From positions 1,247,696 through 1,311,695 of the forward strand of contig OZ242292.1 of NCBI GenBank assembly GCA_965207705.1: a stretch of 64,000 nucleotides of DNA. Reading direction: 5' to 3'. Made by a program: the position numbers and the translations under genes. Positions within the stretch are counted from its first letter, which is position 1. Every line of letters begins with the position of its first letter. Of this stretch, positions 57,901 through 64,000 are shown piece after piece. The stretch is from Gammaproteobacteria bacterium (GTDB lineage Bacteria; Pseudomonadota; Gammaproteobacteria; CBDBNL01; JAAOII01). The notes beneath the pieces were generated by a model, which searched no databases, was not told the origin of the DNA, and saw nothing but the letters and a program-made list of their open reading frames with translations.

Positions 57901-60828
57901 GCGCATTTAAATTTAAATCTCACCGTTCTAAATGTCAATGATGCTCCGAGGATTATTAATATAACAAGTTCGGGTTCTGTTAGCCGCATTGATATGGATA
58001 ATTTTGTTGTTGCTGAGGGAGCAAGCCATGAGGGTGGCATTGACGTAACAGTTGAAGATATAGATTTTCTCGTGCGCGATAGGGTTAGTTTGACTGTTGC
58101 CAGCGCCACTCTTAACACTAAGTTTATATCCGTTGCCAAAGCGCATACAGATGAATCGGATGCCAACCCTAACCACCAAGTAATATTTAATATAGATATT
58201 CTTTCCGAATCCTTGAATGATGCCGAGGTGGGAACTCATATCTTGGAAATAAACGCAACAGATGCTGAGGGAGTAGTCGCTACACGCCAAGTTAATTTAG
58301 TTGTTGAGAATGTTAATGACGCTCCTGAAATTGTTTCAATTACTTATACAGGGGATATCAGTAAGACACGAATGGGTAAATTTGATATATATCAACTGAA
58401 TGAGGGCGGCGCTGGATTTTTGCATATTAATATTATGGATGAAGATTTAATTCATTCACACGAGAATATAACAGTAAGATGGAATAACCCCTACCGCTTA
58501 TCTGATAGATTATTATCATTTAACAAACAATTTTTTACTTCTATTGATGCTGATGATGGGACAGTTAATCTTATTTTGCAGCTGGGGCAAGGCGCTGACT
58601 TTGATGATATTCACATAAACGGCTACGTTATAGGTCTATCAATATTTGATGGTAATAATGTAAGAATTAATCCGATAAAGTCAAGTATATTTCTTAAGAT
58701 TATTAATGTCCCTGAACCTCCCTTTTTCCCACAGCTAGACCACCATATAGCTGTATTTGAACAATCTGGCGCAGACCAATTGCCAGCTGGGACAGTCATA
58801 GCAACTGTCGGGGAGGCATACTGTTCAGTAGTAGGTTCAACATCTGGTTGTGGGTCTCCTGCGCCAGTTCTCGTGGCAGATGATCCAGATCCTGGTGATG
58901 CGGCAAATTTAATTTATGAAATTAGATCTGTTGGCACAGAAAAACTTTATGTGGACGGTTTGCAAATTAAAAATCGTATTCCGCTCATAGTTGATTCTCA
59001 AGCAAGTTTTTTTATTAACGCTATAGATCCTAGTGGTATGAAGGTGGCTCCAGACACAGAAGCGATTGTTACTGTGCATGTTAAAGGTACAAATAATCTC
59101 AATCAAGATTTTGATGGTGATGGAGTTCGTGACCCTTATGATGGCGCTCCCACCAACCCTGCTGCGCAAACCAAGGGCAGTGGGACACGCGCTGACCCAT
59201 ATCTTATCCATAATATTTTTCAACTGCAGGCAATAGCTGGAGTTGACCATCTAGGGAATAGTTTGCAAGCATCTGAGTTTACGAGGAACTCTTATTTGTA
59301 TGGGAATGGATTAGCAGCTCAGCTTGGCAGTCACTATCGTTTGGCAAATGATGTAAGTGCTTCCATCACCTCAGCTTGGAATGGTGGTAGTGGATTTATA
59401 CCTATAGGGACAGGTGTTTGTAATAGCGATGACACGCAATGCGATGCCACAACGGCAGCCCGTTTGGTGTATGGAACCTCAGTGCGCTTTAGCGGAACAT
59501 TTAATGGAGCGAATTTTGAAATCAGCGGCTTAACCATCAATAGACAGTCAAGCTATATTGGACTATTCGGTGAAGCAGGGTATGGCAGCATTATTTCTAA
59601 TTTAAGATTAACCTCGGCAAACATTATAAACCCCGCCACTCGCTCACATCCAAGCGATACAGTCAAATTTAGCCATGGAGGAGTATTAGTGGGACAAATG
59701 TTAGGAGGCACCATAGATAATGTCCATACTACTGGAACGTTAACTGGAGTTGGTTACAGATATGGAGGTGTAGCGGGAACACTTGGTCCATCGGCGAGTT
59801 TAGGAATACCTGGCATAATAACAAACTCTATGGCGGACGTTGACATTACTGCCAATGGCGCTGGATTTGGCGGATTGGTGGGTTTATTAGGGGGCAACTC
59901 TTTCATAAATGCATCTAATGCCAAAGGGAATGTGAGGCCCGCTTTAGATAATATCAATCAACTTCTTGCTCATGATGTAGGCGGATTAGTTGGAATATCT
60001 TACGGTAATATATTTGCTTCTTATGCTTTGGGTGACGTGCGCGCCTCTGATTATGTGGGCGGATTGGTCGGTAAAGTACTACAAGGCGCAACAACTGCAA
60101 GCTTCGCTGCTGGTGATGTTAGAGGGAATGAATACGTTGGTGGATTATTTGGTGCAGCGTCAGCGGGCATTCACAGGTATTTGTATTATAGTGGTTTGCT
60201 CATTGGTTCTGGTTATATCATGGGTGGCATAGTAGGGGAATTGGGGTATGCGGCAATTATTTACAGCGTTATTAATATGCGTTCCCCGCATCCTGGTAAT
60301 AGACCTATTAATGGGGGGCTAATATTTGGTCATATTGATCTGACTGCCAATCCCGGCCCTAATATTAATCCCAGCCCTAGTATTCGTGATGCCTATTCAA
60401 TTGATGTCGCTGCCGATTCTTTGGGTTATATTGTACATGAAAGTTATGAAGGGGGAGAGGGTGCGCCGCTTTCTCTTCTTGATGGCAACTCAGGGAGTAT
60501 TAAAAAAATATCTGCAAATCAGCTAAAATATTGTAGCGGTAACGGACATACTTTTAGCGGCAGCGGTATTGCTTCTATCGTTAATGTAGATTGCACTGGT
60601 TTATTCCATGATAATTATTGGGGGGATAGAACTATCCAATCATTAGGTGCAAACTATAATATTGATTGGAATTTGGTTGCTGGTTCTTATCCTACCATTA
60701 AAGTGCAACGAGTTACTGGGGTGGGAGTGCTTGATGCTGCCAATATTATTCCTTCGCATAGAGAGCAAAGATGTTATATTGAACCTGCATATACTCACGT
60801 CACCTACTGCCCGATAACTCCTCCCTAA
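51985..60828 (+). CDS. Giant cadherin-like/GLUG lipoprotein, array paralog 3 (four A-C cassettes, divergent head)
   Basis: 2,947 aa. The leader is MKITYMKSRLKSRFIIIFLSLIAVGC. The head at 59194-60825 diverges more from paralogs 1 and 2 than the rest of the protein does. Confidence 0.88.
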   Translation: MKITYMKSRLKSRFIIIFLSLIAVGCGGSNNNTSGQSPTPLTPTPLTCADDFQVCSPPHLTALYGGDVFYFNEATGINQTVKISEGEKQTFYAIIHDSDISSGESINVTINSTTIDFADSLYGYVSPPLKMDPETDPESIPSALENYTNTEGYEIFNFTLGEDLLLDDKVVGEHEISVVSIDTRGLEGSSKIVVVIENVNDTPVISSLERSGGVTASSENIFEVYEGGEERIIRVKVRDDDIQHGDIVGLNITSANLPTGVISIEKDKLSQSDTVNNQVEFIVHIASGLLRDADIGEHLLNFLVYDELGKAEDSRTITLKVNNVAEQPNIISVLAGAGVSASADGSSWILSEDVAGSLSIVVEDEDFGSTENQESLRIDIRSSTLPENFITVQQSEISSPDSSTNNRVTFRIEFTAPANQLVGEHNITFSFTDTDGNTALYEGEFRIENVNDAPVISALTSLDGVVSIGENIFEAFEGGEEGTIRVAVRDDDIPHGDIVGLNITSANLPAGVISIEKDKLSQSDTINNQVEFIVHIASGLLRDADIGEHLLNFLVYDEFGKAEDTRTITLKVNNVVEQPNIISVLAGAGVSASADGSSWILSEDVAGSLSIVVEDEDFGSTENQESLRIDIRSSTLPENFITVQQSEISSPDSSTNNRVTFRIEFTAPANQLVGEHNITFSFTDTDENRALYEGEFRIENVNDAPVISALTSLDGVVSSGENIFEVYEGGEEGIIRVTVRDEDIPHGDIVSLNITSANLPTGVISIEKDKLSQSDTVNNQVEFVLNVASGLLRDADIGEHLLNFLVYDEFGGAEDTRTITLKVNNVVEQPNIISVLAGAGVSASANNNSWTLSEDVAGSLSIVVEDEDLGSPQNQESINITITSPTLPENFITVQQSEISRPDSSTNNRVTFRIEFTAPANELVGEHNITFSFTDTDGNIVLYKREFRIENVNDVPEISMMDSARGVTSSGENIFEAFEGGEEGIIRVKVRDDDIPHGDIIGLNITSANLPAGIISIEKDKLSQSDVVNNQVEFVVHIASGLLRDADIGEYLLDLLVYDELGKAEDSRTITLKVNNVVEQPNIISVLAGEGVSASTDGSSWILSEDVAGSLSIVVEDEDFGSTENQESINITIMSSTLSENFITVQQSEISRPDSSTNNRATFRIEFTAPANELVGEHNITFSFTDTDGNIVLYKREFRIENVNDAPEVYMMDSARGVTSIGENIFEVYEGGEDGIIRVKVRDVDIQHGDIVSLNLISADLPGIISIEEDKLSQSDAMNNQVEFVLNVASGLLRDADIGEHQFRFLVHDEFGGIDGSGNFTLNVKNTDDTSSINYSAISGRINKLSNADGVPDTFAISEGQSGQIQVIISDEDLIHSSQLEYTITGNSIRQGIREGLLNITRVESSSSAEEHIFLIDIGKSGSPIDDADIGNYNLNLRIFDVGADRRVDALYPFVLEINNVPEPTAIINVQAGQGAVAGTGTNYFVLTEKILASFDIIVMDEDLVNPLAQENITMETIPSDLPNDLLLTKSLYVTRPDTVGGNQATFTLGIAAPRNEDARDDNYTIPFIISGAGGRSLVGEISIKIENVNDAPVISALTHSGGVSRTGLPVESNTFIVSEGGVNGSITVTVEDPDIQHGDTVGLEISNDALLGDATFIDKYFSVEENIAAPNQVEFAIHIASELMQDTDIGEHHFQLVVFDDFGGSATRDFIVIVEDTDDLTTISNFGWTGNLTKVAPISSPAPSNGGDLFTIYEGQSGQIEFTFSDEDLSLASLVVSNITGDPIDSQIINATIRTKPSSPDERILTINIGNNSSGTQKIDDVHIGTYELSLNISSSAGEVAISYPFTLQIINVEEQPRIIKILPSFGLSSGPAANSFILTQNVATTFIIVVEDEDFASPQNQENIIMTSSHPTDSNYPFLTLVSYESPQINLPDIAGGKRATFIAKIAAPSNDFVGEHTLSITAIDSSVRTAHLNLNLTVLNVNDAPRIINITSSGSVSRIDMDNFVVAEGASHEGGIDVTVEDIDFLVRDRVSLTVASATLNTKFISVAKAHTDESDANPNHQVIFNIDILSESLNDAEVGTHILEINATDAEGVVATRQVNLVVENVNDAPEIVSITYTGDISKTRMGKFDIYQLNEGGAGFLHINIMDEDLIHSHENITVRWNNPYRLSDRLLSFNKQFFTSIDADDGTVNLILQLGQGADFDDIHINGYVIGLSIFDGNNVRINPIKSSIFLKIINVPEPPFFPQLDHHIAVFEQSGADQLPAGTVIATVGEAYCSVVGSTSGCGSPAPVLVADDPDPGDAANLIYEIRSVGTEKLYVDGLQIKNRIPLIVDSQASFFINAIDPSGMKVAPDTEAIVTVHVKGTNNLNQDFDGDGVRDPYDGAPTNPAAQTKGSGTRADPYLIHNIFQLQAIAGVDHLGNSLQASEFTRNSYLYGNGLAAQLGSHYRLANDVSASITSAWNGGSGFIPIGTGVCNSDDTQCDATTAARLVYGTSVRFSGTFNGANFEISGLTINRQSSYIGLFGEAGYGSIISNLRLTSANIINPATRSHPSDTVKFSHGGVLVGQMLGGTIDNVHTTGTLTGVGYRYGGVAGTLGPSASLGIPGIITNSMADVDITANGAGFGGLVGLLGGNSFINASNAKGNVRPALDNINQLLAHDVGGLVGISYGNIFASYALGDVRASDYVGGLVGKVLQGATTASFAAGDVRGNEYVGGLFGAASAGIHRYLYYSGLLIGSGYIMGGIVGELGYAAIIYSVINMRSPHPGNRPINGGLIFGHIDLTANPGPNINPSPSIRDAYSIDVAADSLGYIVHESYEGGEGAPLSLLDGNSGSIKKISANQLKYCSGNGHTFSGSGIASIVNVDCTGLFHDNYWGDRTIQSLGANYNIDWNLVAGSYPTIKVQRVTGVGVLDAANIIPSHREQRCYIEPAYTHVTYCPITPP
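52573..55584 (+). repeat. Cassette array in paralog 3: four 753-nt A-C units
   Basis: ENVND landmarks are at 52573, 53326, 54079, 54832 and 55585, giving exactly 753 nt for each interval. Confidence 0.88.
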
Positions 60829-60963
60829 ATTAGAATAACACATCGCAATACTTGCGGTTATGTTACTGCAAGTAGGGAGTCGCTTATTCCTTTCAGGTTT
60901 ATGTATTTCCTTGCCCAACCCCTACCTTATTACCTTGCGTAAATATAAGTATAAAAATGGTAT

Positions 60964-61064
60964 AAATATGCAATATTAATGATACAATTACAGAACCTTT
61001 GATGGTAATGCAATGACAATGCATTTATTCAGCTGTCAATTGGTAGGAGTATATGGTAATATTT
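60964..61064 (+). promoter_or_regulatory. Upstream region of array paralog 4 (keeps only the AAATATGCAATATTAATGATAC motif)
   Basis: The motif is at 60964-60981. The sequence downstream is unrelated to the leader of paralogs 1-3. Confidence 0.3.
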
Positions 61065-64000
61065 ATGAAGGTTACATGTTTAAAAGGTAATTTATTTAAA
61101 TTATTAAAGAATAAATTATTTATTGTTTTCTTGTCTCTGATCGCGGTGGGGTGCGGTGGATCAAATAATAATACAAGCGGTCAGTCCCCTACTCCCCTTA
61201 CCCCTACTCCCCTTACATGCGCCGATGATTTCCAGGTATGTTCGCCGCCCCATCTTACAGCTTTATACGGCGGCGGTGTATTCTACTTTAACGAAGCTAC
61301 GGGGATTAACCAAACTGTCAAAATTAGCGAAGGAGAGAAGCAAACTTTCTATGCTATTATCCATGATTCCGATATATCATCTGGTGAATCTATTAATGTT
61401 ACCATCAATAGTACAACTATTGATTTTGCGGATAGTTTAGATGGCTATGTTTCTCCACCACTTAAGATGGATCCCAAGACGGATCCCGAGAGTATTCCAT
61501 CCGCGCTTGAAAACTACACAAATGCTGAAGAATATGAAATTTTTAACTTTACCTTAGGGGAAGACCTTTTATTAGATGATAAAGTGGTCGGAGAACATAA
61601 TATTTCAGTTGTCTCTATTGATACCAAGGGATTGAAGGGTTCTTCTAAGATAGTAGTTGTGATAGAGAACGTCAACGATACGCCTGTGATATCCGCTCTT
61701 ACCACTTCAGGCGGAGTAAGAGCAAGAAATGGAAATATTTTTGAAGTATATGAGGGAGGTGAAGAAGGAATTATTAGGGTAAAAGTTAGAGATGATGATA
61801 TACAGCATGGAGATATTGTTGGCTTGAATATTACCAGCGCTAATCTGCCAGCTGGGATTATATCCATTGAAAAGGATAAATTATCCCAGTCCGATGTTAT
61901 AAATAATCAAGTGGAGTTTGTAGTCCATATTGCGTCCGGGCTTCTGCAGGACACTGACATAGGTGAATATCCATTAGACCTTTTGGTTTATGATGAATTT
62001 GGCGGAGAAAAAGATAAAAGAACTATAACTCTAAAAGTTAATAATGTTGCTGAGCAGCCCAATATTATTAGCGTGTTGGCGGGAACAGGTATTAGCGCCG
62101 CAGCGAGTGATAACTCTTGGATATTATCAGAAGATGTTGCGGGTTCTTTGAGTATCGTGGTGGAGGATGAGGATTTCGGTAGTACGGAAAATCAAGAGAG
62201 TTTGCGCATTGACATTAGGGGTTCTACCCTGCCTGAGAACTTCATAACTGTTCCACAATCAGAGATTAGCAGCCCTGATAGCTCTACAAATAATAGAGTC
62301 ACTTTTAGAATAGAATTTACCGCTCCTGCTAATCAACTAGTTGGAGAACATAATATCACTTTTTCCTTTACTGATACAGATGGAAATACAGCATTATATG
62401 AGGGGGAGTTTAGAATTGAGAACGTTAATGATGCTCCTGTAATATTCTCATTGACTCGTTCAGACGGAGTTTTCTCAAGTGGTGAAAATATTTTTGAAGC
62501 GTTTGAAGGTGGTGAAGAAGGAACTATTAGGGTGGCAGTTAGAGATGATGATATACCGCATGGAGATATTATTGGCTTGAATATTACTGGCGCTAATCTG
62601 CCGACTGGAGTTATATCTATTGAAGCGGATAAATTATCCCAGTCGGATACTGTAAATAACCAAGTAGAGTTTATAGTCCATATTGCGTCTGGGCTTCTGC
62701 GGGATGCTGATATAGGCGAACATTTGTTGAACTTCTTGGTTTATGATGAATTTGGTAAGGCAGAAGACAGTAGAACTATAACTCTAAAGGTTAATAATGT
62801 TGTTGAGCAACCGAATATTATTAGCGTGTTGGCGGGGGCAGGTGTTAGCGCCGCAGCCGATGGTAGCTCTTGGACGTTATCAGAAGATGTTGCGGGTTCT
62901 TTGAGTATCGTGGTGGAGGATGAAGATTTTGGTAGTGTGCAAAATCAAGAGAGTATAAATATTACCATTACAAGCCCCACCCTTCCTGAGAACTTCATAA
63001 CTGTTCAACAATCGGAGATTAGCCGCCCCGATAGTTCTACGAATAACAGAGTCACTTTTAGAATTGAATTTACCGCTCCTACTAATCAACTAGTTGGAGA
63101 ACATAATATCACTTTTTCCTTTACTGATACTGATGGGAACATAGTTTTATATAAGAGGGAGTTTAGAATTGAGAACGTCAATGATGCTCCCGTAATATTC
63201 GCCCTGACTAGTTTAGATGGGGTTGTCTCAATAGGTGGAGATGTTTTTGAAGTATTTGAGGGAGGCGATAATGGGGCTATTAAAGTAATTGTAAATGATG
63301 CGGATATACCGCATGGAGATATTATTGGCTTGAATATTACTAGCACTAATCTACCGACTGGAGTTATATCTATTGAAGCGGATAAATTATCCCAGCCGGA
63401 TACTATAAATAATCAAGTGGAGTTTGTAGTCCATATTGCGTCCGGGCTTCTGCGGGATGCTGATATAGGCGAACATTTGTTGAACTTCTTGGTTTATGAT
63501 GAATTTGGCGGGGCAGAGGACACAAGAACTATTACTCTAAAAGTTAATAATGTTGTTGAGCAGCCCAATATTATTAGCGTATTGGCGGGAACAGGTGTTA
63601 GCGCCGCAGCCGATGGTAGCTCTTGGATATTATCAGAAGATGTTGCAGGTTCTTTGAGTATCGTGGTGGAGGATGAAGATTTTGGTAGTGCGCAAAATCA
63701 AGAGAGTATAAACATCACCATTACAAGCCCCACTCTTCCTGAGAACTTCATAACTGTTCAACAATCAGAGATTAGCCGCCCCGACAGTTCTACGAATAAC
63801 AGAGTCACTTTTAGAATTGAATTTACCGCTCCTGCTAATGAACTAGTTGGAGAACATAATATTACTTTTTCCTTTACTGATACAGATGGGAACATAGTTT
63901 TATATAAGAGGGAGTTTAGAATTGAGAACGTCAACGATGTTCCTGAGATATCCATGATGGATTCTGCTCGCGGAGTTACCTCAAGCGGTGAAAATATTTT
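61065..64000 (+). CDS. Giant cadherin-like lipoprotein, array paralog 4 (3'-truncated by the window edge)
   Basis: The frame is open from ATG 61065 (alternative ATG 61053) to the window end, which is why it is missing from the ORF track. The product starts MKVTCLKGNLFKLLKNKLFIVFLSLIAVGCGGSNNNTSGQSPTPLTPTPLTCADDFQVCS.. and is near-identical to paralog 3 from FLSLIAVGC onward. Confidence 0.85.
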   Translation, partial: MKVTCLKGNLFKLLKNKLFIVFLSLIAVGCGGSNNNTSGQSPTPLTPTPLTCADDFQVCSPPHLTALYGGGVFYFNEATGINQTVKISEGEKQTFYAIIHDSDISSGESINVTINSTTIDFADSLDGYVSPPLKMDPKTDPESIPSALENYTNAEEYEIFNFTLGEDLLLDDKVVGEHNISVVSIDTKGLKGSSKIVVVIENVNDTPVISALTTSGGVRARNGNIFEVYEGGEEGIIRVKVRDDDIQHGDIVGLNITSANLPAGIISIEKDKLSQSDVINNQVEFVVHIASGLLQDTDIGEYPLDLLVYDEFGGEKDKRTITLKVNNVAEQPNIISVLAGTGISAAASDNSWILSEDVAGSLSIVVEDEDFGSTENQESLRIDIRGSTLPENFITVPQSEISSPDSSTNNRVTFRIEFTAPANQLVGEHNITFSFTDTDGNTALYEGEFRIENVNDAPVIFSLTRSDGVFSSGENIFEAFEGGEEGTIRVAVRDDDIPHGDIIGLNITGANLPTGVISIEADKLSQSDTVNNQVEFIVHIASGLLRDADIGEHLLNFLVYDEFGKAEDSRTITLKVNNVVEQPNIISVLAGAGVSAAADGSSWTLSEDVAGSLSIVVEDEDFGSVQNQESINITITSPTLPENFITVQQSEISRPDSSTNNRVTFRIEFTAPTNQLVGEHNITFSFTDTDGNIVLYKREFRIENVNDAPVIFALTSLDGVVSIGGDVFEVFEGGDNGAIKVIVNDADIPHGDIIGLNITSTNLPTGVISIEADKLSQPDTINNQVEFVVHIASGLLRDADIGEHLLNFLVYDEFGGAEDTRTITLKVNNVVEQPNIISVLAGTGVSAAADGSSWILSEDVAGSLSIVVEDEDFGSAQNQESINITITSPTLPENFITVQQSEISRPDSSTNNRVTFRIEFTAPANELVGEHNITFSFTDTDGNIVLYKREFRIENVNDVPEISMMDSARGVTSSGENI
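61665..64000 (+). repeat. Cassette array in paralog 4: at least three 753-nt A-C units
   Basis: ENVND landmarks are at 61665, 62418, 63171 and 63924 (753 nt apart). The array continues past the window end. Confidence 0.85.

Noticed and set aside
60855-60885. Terminator after paralog 3 (ACTTGCGG..CTGCAAGT hairpin)
   Set aside because: The stem is only 6-7 bp with a mismatch, and no T-tract follows. This is not strong enough to call.
2502-63955. Dozens of 60-146-aa minus-strand ORFs inside the giant genes (e.g. MDITPVGRLA.., MPISMRNI.., MIYCLQLLHKNCLSGY.., MAPTTLPQDMLI..)
   Set aside because: These are shadow ORFs on the antisense strand of long, clearly coding plus-strand frames. They recur only because the sense-strand cassettes recur.
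1-64000. Classification of the giant proteins as RTX adhesins, autotransporters, two-partner-secretion exoproteins or T9SS cargo
   Set aside because: There are no GGxGxD nonapeptide runs, no C-terminal beta-barrel-like region (all end in a GLUG head with a short Cys-containing tail), no TPS-type N-terminus and no recognisable C-terminal sorting domain. Lipoboxes point to lipoproteins instead.
1-64000. Genomic island or mobile element carrying the adhesin genes
   Set aside because: No integrase, transposase, phage or conjugation genes, tRNA attachment site or flanking long inverted repeats are visible. The giants are interleaved with core housekeeping genes.

Overview
This is a 64-kb window from an AT-rich bacterial chromosome. 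The housekeeping gene order (hupB-ppiD, proC-yggT, hisZ-purA) looks gammaproteobacterial, which is an inference. Six very large plus-strand genes for repetitive surface proteins fill about 50 kb (~79%) of the window. (1) <1-13574 is a 5'-truncated protein of more than 4,500 aa with 24 FN3-like domains and six GLUG-repeat 'head' modules. (2) 23159-29245 is a 2,028-aa lipoprotein with three heads and thrombospondin-type-3-like calcium-binding repeats. (3-6) 32773-38580, 38778-51836, 51985-60828 and 61065->64000 form a tandem array of four paralogous lipoproteins. These four share a leader and a ~4.1-kb 3' part that ends in one head, but carry different numbers of 753-nt and ~1149-nt cadherin-like cassettes (0, 7, 4 and at least 3). 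Two compact islands of ordinary genes sit between the giants: hupB, ppiD, proC, yggT, hisZ, purA, prfB (no programmed frameshift), lpxD and acpS; then trpE followed by a Pif1-family helicase. Small non-coding features include a REP-like palindromic element present twice in opposite orientation, once with a 5x 20-nt tandem amplification. There are also two intrinsic terminators, a few sigma70-like promoters, and a conserved leader upstream of the array paralogs. I saw no rRNA, tRNA, CRISPR array, transposase, integrase or phage genes. The most interesting signal is the mosaic giant-lipoprotein array, which may be a recombination-driven surface-variation locus. All domain names rest on motifs read by eye and no database search was run.
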